The notes under the pieces were generated by a model. That model was not told where the DNA came from. It saw only the letters and a list, made by a program, of their open reading frames with translations, and ran no database searches. Source: an uncultured Acidobacteriota bacterium (GTDB lineage Bacteria; Acidobacteriota; Blastocatellia; RBC074). From it: a stretch of DNA of 64,000 nucleotides. The stretch covers positions 64,001 through 128,000 of the forward strand of contig CAWCKY010000004.1 of NCBI GenBank assembly GCA_963796275.1, given 5' to 3'. The position numbers were made by a program, and so were the translations under genes. Positions 23,054-34,800 of the stretch are shown here, in pieces (position 1 is the first letter of the stretch; every line of letters begins with the position of its first letter).

Positions 23054-23265
23054 TCAGACTTTGACTTTTGTGTGACGACGCAATTGCCGAGTTGCGTCGT
23101 CACACTTTCTATTTAATGGAGAACAGCCTGAGCAAATGCCCTCAGAACCTGGGCGAGTTGAGATATGAATTTCTTTTCGCTGTCCGGCTCTATCTTTGAG
23201 TGTCAGTTTGAGCAGCTTCAATGCTCGTTTCATCGTCGAATGCGAGACCATGGGACCACCTGTAG
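23054..23265 (-). pseudogene. IS630-type winged-helix fragment
   Basis: GGPMVSHSTMKRALKLLKLT matches the repeat unit at 27780-28330. Confidence 0.55.
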
Positions 23266-23570
23266 ACGGACATCAGAATGTGTAGAAAAATGACCGATTG
23301 AACCGAGGCCGACCAAGAGCGTCATCTAATGAGTGAAATCTGACGGAAGAGATCTTCCACCTATCATCATCCTCATTATCCTGATTGTGGTTTTCTGGAA
23401 TCCCTGAGTTCTGATAGTGTGCGTTGCGAGACGGAGCAGATGAACCCCAGTTGTTAGCGCAACTGGGGTTCTACTTTAGTCGCCTCGAGGCCGAGGCAAC
23501 ACACCTAAAAAGCAAGGCTATGTTGCCATCATTGGGCGCCTGAAGTCCACTGCCCCCCGCTCAGTTCGGG

Positions 23571-23999
23571 ATGGTAGCACCTCACGACCTCACCTTTCAC
23601 CAGAAGTTCTGCGTGGCGCCCGACTGCCGCGCCATGTTCTTCATCTGTTCCCGCTGTGACCGGGGGCATCGCTATTGCAGCCATCCCTGCCGCCGCAGGA
23701 CTCGTGTCGCACAACGGCGCGAGGCTTGCCGCCGTCATCAACGCAGCCTTGAAGGCCGGCTCGACCATCGAGATCGTCAACGTGCCTACCGGCTGCGCCA
23801 AGCAGCAGCCAGGCGAGCCGCTCAGGAACTTTCCGTGACGGATCATACTCCCCAGCCCTCTCCAACTTCGGTACGGTTCCTCTCGCCCCATCGCTGCTAC
23901 AGGTCGATACCGGCCGTCCCAGCTTCCGGCCGGGCCGTGTGTCGTGTCTGCGGGCGGGAAGGAACCTTCATCGCCCCTTTTCATCACATTCTGAGGTGA
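23571..23999 (+). CDS. Cys-rich putative zinc-binding protein upstream of istA
   Basis: C-x4-C, CSRC, YCSHPC, Arg-rich helix, CRVC; stop 4 bp before the istA start. Confidence 0.7.
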   Translation: MVAPHDLTFHQKFCVAPDCRAMFFICSRCDRGHRYCSHPCRRRTRVAQRREACRRHQRSLEGRLDHRDRQRAYRLRQAAARRAAQELSVTDHTPQPSPTSVRFLSPHRCYRSIPAVPASGRAVCRVCGREGTFIAPFHHILR

Positions 24000-24003
24000 A
24001 GAG

Positions 24004-25486
24004 ATGATCTCAAAAGAACAAATCGCCACCATTCGCCGCCTCTATTATGCAGAGCATTGGAAGGTCGGCACGATCGCCGCTGAAATGCGGCTCCATCCGG
24101 AGACCGTCAAGCGCGCTCTCCTCAATTCCTCTCTCGATCTACGGACCTGCCGGAGAGAGGAGATCAATCCCTGGCTCGGTTTCATCAGGCAAACACTCGA
24201 TCAACATCCGCATCTGCGGGCCACACGGCTCTATGAGATGATGCGCGGCCGCGGCTACCAGGGGAGCCTTCGCCAGGTTCGGCGGATGGCCGAGAAGGTG
24301 CGCCCCCTCAAGCGCGAAGCCTTTCTCCGTCTCTCGGTTCTGCCAGGTGAGCAGGGACAGGCCGATTGGGCGTCTTTCGGCGAGGTCCGCATCGGCAGCA
24401 GTTTCAGGAAGCTCTCCTGCTTCGTCATCACCCTCTCCTATAGCCGGGCTCTTTATCTGGAATTTTTTCTGGACCAGACACTGGAAAGCCTGCTCCGTGG
24501 ACACGTCAATGCTTTTGCCGATTGGGTGTCGGTCCCAAGAGCCGTCTTATACGATAATATGCGCCAGGTCGTGCTGGAGCGCTTTGGCAACTCAATCCGA
24601 TTTCATCCCAGGCTCCTCGACTTGTGCGGCCACTATCATTTCGCCGCTCTCCCCTTGCCGGCCCGGTCGCGGCAATGAGAAGGGACGGGTCGAACGCGCC
24701 ATCCGCTATATTCGCGATTCCTTCTTCGCCGCTCGCCGCTTCACCTCTCTCGAGGACTTCAACCGGCAGGCGCTGGAATGGCGCGATCGCGTCGCGCACC
24801 AGCGCCCCTGGCCCGATGATGATTCCCGCACTGTCGGCGAGGTCTTCGCCGAAGAGAAAACCCGCCTGCTCCCGCTCCCGGCTCACCCTTTTGAGACCGA
24901 TCTGGTCACAAGCGTACACTCCGATAAGACGATCTATATCAGGCACGACGGAAATGACTATTCCATCCCACATACCCTGGTCGGCAAGCGGCTGACGCTG
25001 GTCGCCTCGCAATCCACGGTTCGGATTCTCGACGGCATCGTGGAGGTCGCTCGCCACCGGCGCAGCTACGACCGTCACCAGCGGATCGACGATCCGGTCC
25101 ATCTCGCCAACCTCGTCGCATTCAAACGCAAAGCCCTGGGTGCGACCGCCGTCGACCGCCTCGAACATGCCGTCCCGCAGATCGAGAGCTTTCTCACCGC
25201 CGCTTTCGAACGCGGCGAATCGATCGCACGCCAGACGGCCCAGTTGCTGACTCTGCTCGATGACTACGGCGCCGACCAGTTGCGCGTCGCCATCGCCGAA
25301 GCTCTCGATCACAATACTCCGCGGGCCTCATCGGTGGCCTTCATCTTGACCCGCCGCTTGCGCTCCCATCGTCGCCCGCTACCAGTCGATCTGAGCAGAC
25401 GCCCGGAACTCGATTCCATCTCAGTGCCCACCCATCAACTGGAGCTCTATGACGATCTCTTAAGGGAGAATTCTGATGAACAATGA
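24004..25486 (+). pseudogene. istA: IS21 transposase IstA, +1 frameshift in C-run near 24652
   Basis: HTH, GYQGS, QADW, YDNM, then [14 protein letters not shown] in the next frame. Confidence 0.92.
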
Positions 25487-26261
25487 TCTCGCCGCGAACT
25501 TGACCAGAATCGGCCTCCGGGCCACGGCCGAACACCTGGATGACTTCATCGCCCGCGCCACCACCAGGCGCCTGGCACCACGTGCCATTCTCGAGCAGAT
25601 CGCCGAGGCTGAGATGGCCGACCGCGTGACTCGCAATCATCAGCGGCTCCTGAAACAGGCTCGGATCGGCCGCTTCAGGCCGATCTCCGATTTCGACTGG
25701 GACTGGCCCAAAAAGATCGACCGCGAGTTAATTGAGCGCGCCTTGACCCTCGACTTCATCTCCGAGCCTCGCAACATCATTCTCCTCGGCGCGAATGGAC
25801 TCGGGAAAACAATGATCGCTAAAAATATCGTTGCGGCAGCCGTCAATGCCGGTCACAGCGCCATGTTCCGCACGGCCTCCGATCTCCTGGCTGACTTGCA
25901 ATGCGACTCTCCTCAAGCGCGCCGCCGCAAATTCAGCTACTACGCCCGTCCACGAGTTCTCTGCATTGACGAGGTCGGATACCTCTCCTATGACTCCAAT
26001 GCTGCGGATCTGCTCTACGAAATCGTTAACCGCCGCTATGAGCGGTCGGCGCTTTTGATAACTACTAACAGAGGCTTCAAGGACTGGAATCAGGTCTTTC
26101 CCAACGCCACCTGTATCGCCACGCTGCTGGACCGACTCACGCATCACGCCGACATCGCCATCATCGAAGGCAAAAGTTATAGGGTTCGCGAGAGCGAGTT
26201 GGAGTCGACGGCCCGCCGCAAAACTTCGTCGCCAGATTCAAAGAACGCCAGCGAATCCTAG
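25476..26261 (+). CDS. istB: IS21 helper ATPase IstB
   Basis: DFDW, Walker [31 protein letters not shown]. Confidence 0.95.
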   Translation: MNNDLAANLTRIGLRATAEHLDDFIARATTRRLAPRAILEQIAEAEMADRVTRNHQRLLKQARIGRFRPISDFDWDWPKKIDRELIERALTLDFISEPRNIILLGANGLGKTMIAKNIVAAAVNAGHSAMFRTASDLLADLQCDSPQARRRKFSYYARPRVLCIDEVGYLSYDSNAADLLYEIVNRRYERSALLITTNRGFKDWNQVFPNATCIATLLDRLTHHADIAIIEGKSYRVRESELESTARRKTSSPDSKNASES

Positions 26262-26284
26262 TTACCGCAGCATCGGAGATCGCC

Positions 26285-26625
26285 GTGCAGACCGACCAAT
26301 CCAATTATCTCGAGGCTCTTCTCAAGCTCTACCTCGGCTTGCCTGAAACACCCTCTCAGGCAAGCCCCTCCGACATGCGCCTGGCTTGTGGCCTATACCA
26401 ACAGCGGATCACGCTTGAAACCGTGGAAGCGGCGCTGCTACTGGCTTCCGTGCGCCGTTTGTTCCGCGACCCGTCTCTTCCTCCATTGCCGCCGATCCGC
26501 TCGCTCAATTACTTCCTCCCGGTCATCAGCGAAATCTCAGCCAACCTCCGCTCCCCCACAACTATCTTCACTACCTTCGTTACAAACTTGAATCCTATGC
26601 CGCCCGGAATCCGGCCTCGAACTGA
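26285..26625 (+). CDS. Hypothetical accessory protein after istB (frameshift near 26545)
   Basis: GGAG RBS; YLEALLKLYLGLPETP..IRSLNYFLPVI; an alternative frame continues PLPHNYLHYLRYKL*. Confidence 0.55.
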
Positions 26626-26774
26626 ACTGACTGTAACTTTCCAGGATAGCATTTCTCACCAGAGCGATATTGGGCATAATACTTTCGACTCGCCATCGGT
26701 TTTACCGCCAATGCAGGTGGTTGCCACTGAAACAGTGGGCCCTCTAGCGAGCTGTTTCAGTTCGGACAGTTTTC

Positions 26775-27704
26775 GTGAATCTGGTGGCCTCGACAAATCC
26801 GGCAAGGAGGAGACGCAAAGTGAGAGACCTAAAGGAACATCCAGTATGCGGTGACGAGTCACCGCGTGACCTGACACGGCGCGATTTCGTTGCGTTGTCC
26901 CTGGCAGCTAGCCTCGTTGCGGCTGGGCACTCGGCACCGGCTGCAGAACTGCCGGTCACCGAGACCAATGTTAAGGTCAAGACCTCGGACGGCACGTGCG
27001 ATGCGGTCTTTTTTCATCCGACGACCGGTACCTATCCGGGGGTGCTGCTTTGGCCGGATTCAAATGGCCTGCGTCCTGCGCTCCGCGAACTCGGTCGGCG
27101 CCTTGCGGCTGAGGGATATTCGGTGCTCATACCAAATCACCTCTACCGATTGGCCACGGCCCCCGTGTTCGACGAGTCGTTCAATCCTGTTAAGAATCCA
27201 GCCGACAAAGAGAAATATAACCGGATTGCGGCGCCGTTCTTCGCGCCTGGTGCAGTAGAGCGAGATGCTGTCGCCTATGTCGCTTTCCTGGATGCGCAAC
27301 GGCAAGTGGATAAGAAGAAGAAGATCGGAACCCACGGCTACTGTCTGGGTGGGTGGTCCATGGTGAAGACCGTGGCGACATTGCCCCAGCGCGTAGGTGC
27401 GGGAGCTTCTTTCCACGGCGGCCGTCTGGTTACCGACCAACCCGACAGCGTGCATCTGCTTGCACCGAAGATCAAGGCACGCCTCTATTTTGCGGTCGCA
27501 TCAGATGACGACAAGCGACAGCCCGAGGTGAAAGAAAAGCTCAAAGAAGCATTGGCGGCAGCGAAGGTGAATGCTGAGATAGAGATATATCCGAACGCCT
27601 TGCATGGATGGTGCGTGCCCGACAATAAGCCGGCCTCTGAAAACAAGATTGACGCGGAGCGTGCCTGGGGTAAGCTCATAGCCCTGTACAAAGCAGCATT
27701 GTGA
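26775..27704 (+). CDS. Dienelactone hydrolase family protein, Tat signal
   Basis: TRRDFV leader, GYCLGG nucleophile motif, SFHGG, ALHGW. The true start is probably downstream of 26775. Confidence 0.9.
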   Translation: MNLVASTNPARRRRKVRDLKEHPVCGDESPRDLTRRDFVALSLAASLVAAGHSAPAAELPVTETNVKVKTSDGTCDAVFFHPTTGTYPGVLLWPDSNGLRPALRELGRRLAAEGYSVLIPNHLYRLATAPVFDESFNPVKNPADKEKYNRIAAPFFAPGAVERDAVAYVAFLDAQRQVDKKKKIGTHGYCLGGWSMVKTVATLPQRVGAGASFHGGRLVTDQPDSVHLLAPKIKARLYFAVASDDDKRQPEVKEKLKEALAAAKVNAEIEIYPNALHGWCVPDNKPASENKIDAERAWGKLIALYKAAL

Positions 27705-27779
27705 CTCCCATCACTAATTTGCAGTCTGCGACGAGTATTGAAATATTCCACACCTAATAATTCGGGGAAAATACCGCCA

Positions 27780-28330
27780 TTAAATTTGGGAAGTTACATC
27801 TCCCTGTCCCACTCGGCCCAATCGGTCATTTTCTTTCACATTTACATGGCCGGTAACACCACCAGCCCCTTTGATAACCTCACATAGCTTGTTGATTGTT
27901 ACCTTGGTGTCCGCAGCCACCGCTGCGCGAATCATTTCGTCATAATCCTTCAGCATTCTGTCTCTGCCCGGTCCGTCCTTCGGCGATCGCATTTTCAGCC
28001 CTAGCCGCTTCAATGCTTTGCTCATGGTGTTAGGTGAAACGATGGGACCACCGGTGACTGCAAGCGCCGCGCACAACTCGGCGCGCGTTGCCTTAGGGTG
28101 TTCTTCCATTATTGCACGAATCTTTACTTCATCGTCTGGTTGTAAGATTCTTGTTCCCACTCGTGGACCTGTACTTGTGAGAGACAAATTGAGCCGCTTC
28201 AATTCCCGGCCCATGGTGTAACGCCGGACGCTAGGACCGCCGGCAGTTTTTACCAGCTCGCACAACTCAGCCAGCGTTACGTGCGGGTGCACGGCCACCG
28301 CTGCGCGAATCTTTTCCTCGTGATCAGATA
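27780..28330 (-). pseudogene. Protein of tandem 63-aa winged-helix (IS630-like) repeats
   Basis: Three units of IRA..HP..T.AELC....GGP.V...TM...LKRL.L; GCCACCGCTGCGCGAATC recurs at 27916 and 28294 (378 bp = 2x63 codons); both ends look broken. Confidence 0.65.
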
Positions 28331-28813
28331 GCCGCTATTCTCGGAACCAAGGTCAAGATTATCTACAGACGCAAACAAACGCTTGTTCTCAAACTCGCAA
28401 AGCTTGTGCGGAATGGCCAGATATAGCGAAGAAAAATAATTTCGCTGGCGAAGGTGAATTTGCCCGCGAACTGTCTCTATATACATGACAGTCAACAAAC
28501 GATCAAAATCATTTGAGTAAGCGATGTTGCATTGAGTCAGCTTTCTTAGTCTGTAATTGTGCCCACGTATGGGATATGGACGTTAGTAATAAGTAGTAAT
28601 ATTCTCGATGATGGTCTCTCACAACAACTTATCCTTACACTGATCGAGGGTAACTGGATTAATTCCGTTCGTTCAGCGGTCACGCTTCATTTAAGATCTG
28701 GCTCCAAGCAGTCGGACATCACCACATTTATAAGTATTCCACTAGTGGACACAGATTGAGCCACTAGATGAAGTAAACCTAGGAATCATTTCACCGCTTA
28801 GGAGGTTCCAGCT

Positions 28814-31800
28814 ATGTCTCCCCTACTTCAAGCCTGTTTCCTATTTTTCGTTTGCCTGACATATTCTTCGTTTTTTGCCATTAGAACAGCCTGTGCCGCA
28901 GTCCAAGCTTGTCTGTCTCACTGGTTGTATGCGTTCTTGCCTCGTGTTAGCCTGACAGGCTCGCGCTTTGGTCCCTCGGTTCTGCAACGTTTTCTATGCG
29001 TGATGTTGATTGTGGTGATGTCCGGTCAGAGTGTCCTGGCCTCGCCTCAAATTGCATTCTCCGTATTCAACACCGTCTCGCCAGCGGCGATCAATTCTGG
29101 GCAGAATGTGTACTTCTGGTGGCATTCAAGCGGATGGGCGGCGTGGTCTGAGCGATACGTACGAAAACATTTTCCTTTCCTCCATTCCAGTAAGCAACAT
29201 GAGCGGAACTGGGATGGGACAGGCGCCCCGGCTCAGTCGATGCCGGAACCTATGCCGCAAGAAACCCAGGATGAGCGAAACGCTCGGGTGGTTCGTCTTG
29301 AAATTCATCCGAAAGAGATATCTGTCAGACCTGATGAGCCGGTAATCTTCAGCGCCATAGGTTTTGACGGCAACAATTCGCCAGTTGGAGGCCTTCGATT
29401 TAATTGGAGTAGCGAGGAGGAGATGAGCGGAGAACGAGTAAAGGTGATGGAGATGGGGAAGTTCGCCGCATCGAAGAAAGGAAGTTATAAGATCAGGGCA
29501 AGCATGAACGGGCGTGCAGTCGAGACGAAGGTGACGGTGAAGGGCGACAGATTCGCGCCGTGGGAGCAACCGATCGGAACAAGAACAGTCTCGTCGCGTG
29601 ATCTGCCGCCAGCACCGCGATCGAGTTCACCGCTTCCGAAGACGAAAGAGCGTATCGCGAAGAATGCTCTTGACAGATTGGCGACCAGGTTCGCGTCGGC
29701 CGGAACAAAAGTGATGCCCGCGATTCTACAGGCGGGAGACATATATGGCTGGAATAGCAGCAACTATATGACGGCGGATGACCCTGGAAAGCAACGCGGA
29801 GAGCCGGCCGGTCACACACCTGATGGTGGTGCAGGCAACGCCAATTTCGAGTTCGCCACACCAGTACTGGCTCTCGATGGGCGTGGCCTCGATATCAACC
29901 TCGGGCTGTCTTACAACTCACGCATCTGGCATAAAGCCAACTCTGAAATCACCTTCGACATTGACCGTGACTGGCCTGCACCAGGCTGGTCGCTAGGCTT
30001 TGGTAAGATCGTCTCAATGGGCTTAGGGAACGGGTTTATGATGATCGAAGCTGACGGAACGCGCCATCCCTATACTGGCACGATTTCCTATAGTCAATTC
30101 TTTCACGGCTGCACCTGCAAGACCTCTGATGGCTCTTTTATTGATTACACAGTGGCAGATAACACCCCTGGCGGCAGTACGCATGCCTATGCTTATGCTC
30201 ACTTTCCCAATGGTACGCAGATACTTTATGAAGCGCCGGGAGCAAATGCTATCTATCCAACGTGGATCGGTGATTCCAACGGTAACAAGATTCTCATCTC
30301 CTATCGTAATAACCAAGGGCCACAGATAAACACAATTACCGACACACTGGGCCGAGTCATTCGATTCTATTACGATTCAAATAACCTGCTTGTGGCGATC
30401 ACCGGGCCAGGCTTCAACGGCACGACACGCACACTCGTGCGGCTAATCTACGAGTGGAAAAATCTAGTCAATTTGGGAAGCAATTATGGCTTTGCGGGCT
30501 TGACTCCTCGAGTGCGCAACAATGTAATCCCTGTCATCAAAGGCATATATTACCCAGGCACCAATACCGGTTACTGGTTCGGCGAATCGGATTCATATTC
30601 AGCATATGGCATGCTTGCCAAAGTCATCGAGCAGCGCGGGATGTCTTTTTCAGCCGCTCCCCTCCCTGCAGATCCTCAACAACCTGCCGACCCTGGAACA
30701 ATCACGCCAGGAACGATGACGCGCCAGATGGTCTATGACTACCCGATGGTGGCCAGCAGTTTGAGCAGTGAGCCAACATACCAGAATATGACCGAAACGT
30801 GGGCTAATATGGACGTGGCTCCCGCAGTAACTCATTATTTGGTGCAGGAGAACGCCTCTCCGCGCCGGATAGAGATCACCCGTCCGGATGGCGTTAAGAC
30901 TGTGACGCTCTCTCATAACGCTCCGGGTCAGTTCAAGGATGGGCTGATCTATCAGGACGAGACTTACAGCCCTCAGGCGACGCTGCTCGGCCGGTCTTTC
31001 GTGAATTGGGAACAGGGCAGCTGTCCACCCTCTGGGCAGTCGCCCGGACTATACGAATACTGTGCACCTCGCCCGAGCCGTATTGAAATCACTGATGAGC
31101 GAGGTCAGAAGACCGGCAAAGAGTTTAGCTATGGTTCGCACTTCAACCAGGTGACCGAAACTCGCGAATACGGCTATGGATATTCTTTTGGCGGCACCAA
31201 CACGCTATTGAGAAAGACTAGAAAAGAATACCTGAATGATGCTAATTATATCGACTTTGCCCCATCGGCTCTTGAAGGAATTCACATCTTCAACCTGGTC
31301 ACAGTCAGTGAAGTTTTTGCAGGAGATGGCGTCACTCGCCTCGCACGCACCGAATATAGCTATGATCAATTCAGGGGGGCAGCCGGACTGAAAGCTACTC
31401 CAGGGATTACTACTTCAGGTTATGACGCTAGATATAATCCTCATGGCAACCCTTTCTATGTTTTTTTTAAATTTGACAATCGCGGTAACGTGACAACCAT
31501 CAAGCGTTATGGCAACGCTGTCACTTTGGACGAGGATACTGCGGTCATCGAAGTCAGGCATTACGACATCACTGGCAACGTCGTGAAGATCGACAATTCC
31601 TGCTGCGAGCAAACGACCATCAATTACACTCTGAACACCCAATATGCCTGGCCTGAATCGCAGACTCGCGGCTCGGAAACTGACTCGTCAAAACAGAATA
31701 CGACCTCTGCGACCTATGATTTCAATACAGGCCTGGTGAAGACTGGGACCGATGCCAATGGCCGGGTCTCACAAAATACATATTATCCTGACTCACTCAG

Positions 31801-34800
31801 ACCGGAAAAGGAAATTTCACCAACCGGTGCATACAAATATCACGTCTATGACGATTCCCAATTGTCCGTTGTTGATCAGACATACGAAGCGGGCGAGGAC
31901 GGCTCCAACTGGTCCTCGCGCAACGACAAATTCCTCGATGGGCGCGGGCGGGTGCGCATCCAGGACGCCTACGGCAAGGATGATGTGCAGGATCGGGTGG
32001 AGACTATTTACGACCAACTCGGAAGAGTCTGGAAGCAGAGTAGGCCTTACCGCTTTGACGAAGAGACACCACAAGAGACGCCCCAATGGAGCATCGTGAC
32101 TTATGATTTTCTTGATCGTGCTGTGCAAACCACCGCACCCGACGGCACCAGCATCGTGACCAGACAGTACAACCAGGCTCCGGACCCGTCAGGATCATCA
32201 GGCCAGCCAGGGCAGACGATTCGGGTAACGGATCCGTGGGGGCGACAGCGATGGGCACGCTCTGACGCCCTCGGCCGCATGGTCGAGGTTGGCGAACCAA
32301 ACCCCGACGGCAATGGTACACTTGCAACCGGCGCGCTGTTCACAAGCTATAGCTATGATGCCCTCGATCGACTGACACAGGTATCTCAGGGATCTCAGAC
32401 TCGGACGTTCAAATACGATTCTCTCGGGCGGATGACTCATCAGAAGCTAGCCGAACGAGCTGGAACACTCAATGACGCAGGAGATTATGTTGAGACTGGC
32501 ACGTGGAGCGATGTCTTCAGCTACGACAAGCGCTCGAACCTGACTCAGAGGGTGGATGCCCGCGGCGTCAAGACGATTTTCAAGTACAAAGACGAGGAGG
32601 ACATTGAGGATCCACTCAACCGGCTGCTGGCTGTGCATTATGACAAGAGCGGAGTGCCAGCCAGTCTAGCGGTCAATATTCCGGATGCATCGGACGTGAG
32701 TTATGTCTATATGACCACCGATGATAAGACGCGGCTGAAGAATGTAAATGTTGCTTCGGAAATGGGCGACGAGGAGTTCAACTATGACAACGAGGGGAGG
32801 TTGAGCCAGGTCACGCAAACCTTCACCGGGCGCGAGAGCTATCCACTGGTGACGAACTATCTGTGGGACACGCTCAACCGTCTCAAAGAGAAGACCTATC
32901 CAATGCAGCACGGGGCCGGTGATATCCGCAAGAAAGTCGAGCAGACTTTTGACAAAGCGAGTCGGCCCGATAGCCTGAAGTTCGGCGGCGTGACCTTTGC
33001 CTCAGACCCGGTCTACAACGCAGCGAGCCAGGTGAACGAATTGGATGTCGGCAGCCAGATCAAGGAAAGCTACGGCTACGATCCGAAGACAGGGCTGCTC
33101 ACATCTCAGTCGGTAGATCGCGGGACTACTGTTATGCTCAAGCTGTCATACATCTACACACTCGTCTTTGATCCGACCAACAGCCTGGCGAAGACAGGGC
33201 AAGTGGTCTCTATCACCGACGTGCAGAACAGCACGCGCAACCGAGCTTTCGAGTATGACAAAGTTGGAAGACTGAAGAAGGTCAAGAATAAGATGAACGA
33301 TCCGACCTGGTATCAGACATACACATATGACCGTTGGGGCAACCGGACGAACGTGGCGAAGACAGGGAATGCGCCGCAGATTCCGCTAGACGGATTGGCG
33401 AGCCTGAGCTACGACGCGACCAACAACCGGATGACAAGTGCGGGGTTCGCGTATGATCCCGCGGGAAATCAGACAAGAGCGGTTATCAACGATAGCGGGG
33501 TGCAACATCAGTATCGCTACGACGAGGCTGGCAGACTCGCTCAGGTGATCGATGGGAGCGGTACGACTGTGCTTGCGACCTACAGTTACGGGGCGAGCAA
33601 TCAGAGGCTGATGAGCGTCGAGAGCGGCGTGACCAAGTATTTCGGCTGGGATGGAGGCCGAATCGAGACCGAGTATGAGGGGTCCGGGACGAGCGGATTG
33701 CTTTGGAAGACTAGCTACGTCTATCTGGGCGGGCGGCTGCTGGCGACGACCAGTGGAAGCAGTGGGACGGAGACGCGGTTCCATCATCCAGACCGGTTGG
33801 GAACAAGACTGGTGACCGATGCGTCTACAGGAGAGGAAGTGACCAGGCAGTTAGTCATGCCGTTCGGGACGATGCAGCCGTATGGAGCGGTTGGCGGAGA
33901 CAACTCGTACCAGAGCCCGACCAAGAGCAATCCATCGCAGAAGAGGTTCACGAGTTACGACCGGAGCGATTCGACTGGACTGGATTATGCGGTGAATCGT
34001 TTCTATAGTTCACAGCAGGGGCGGTTCACGCAGGTCGATCCGATAGGAATGAGTGGGGCGAGTCTGAGCAACCCGCAGAGTTTGAATATGTATGCGTACT
34101 GCGGGAATGATCCGATCAATCTTACAGATCCTGATGGATTGTTCTTTGGAAAGCTGTTTAAGTGGATCGCAAAGATATTCAAATGGATTGCCATTGCAGC
34201 GGTTGTAGCGATCGCCGTTCTAACTGTCGTGCCTGCAGCTTGGGCGGGTACAGTGATGGCCAAAATCGGTATCTGGGCGGCAAAGCATCAGATACTTGCC
34301 TCACTATTGGGGCTTCATACTCCTCAATTTGCAATAGTCAATCTGGCTTCTACAGCGGGGGCAACTGCGGCGGGATTCTGGATTCTCGCTGGGGTCGGGG
34401 CAGTAAATAGTTTTCTACAAGCTGTTGGCAGTGGTAAGAAAGAAAAACTCAGCAAGGGAGACCAAGAAAAATACGATGAGGCAAGAGAAGAGGCTCAGGA
34501 CTTATCTAAAGATTGCAAGACATTCCTTGGTAACGCTTTGGGTAAGATGAACCTTAAAACCGATGACTTGGTTAATGCTATAAAGAAGCAGTTACCGTTT
34601 AGTAAGAATTCAACCATCAATACTGTTACTGCCGGGGTGGTGCCTAGTGGTTCAACCAACCCAGTAATTGCCTCAGTAGCCAAGCTTTCAGTGAAGGAGT
34701 TTTTTGACAAAACAAACCCCGCAGCAGCAACAGGTTTTTTTCAAAATAGCACACTATATGATGTTTATTTTGATTCAGGCTACATTAGCTCACGAAGGAT

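Larger units (their letters stand above)
23420..26715 (+). mobile_element. IS21 family element with two accessory genes
   Basis: Zn-finger ORF, istA, istB and an accessory ORF, tightly packed; candidate termini TGCGTTG (23420) and CAATGCA (26715); no target duplication found, so the ends are tentative. Confidence 0.7.

Noticed and set aside
24640-24665. Programmed frameshift in istA
   Set aside because: It lies inside the DDE domain at a C-run with no slippery heptamer; mutation or sequencing error is more likely.
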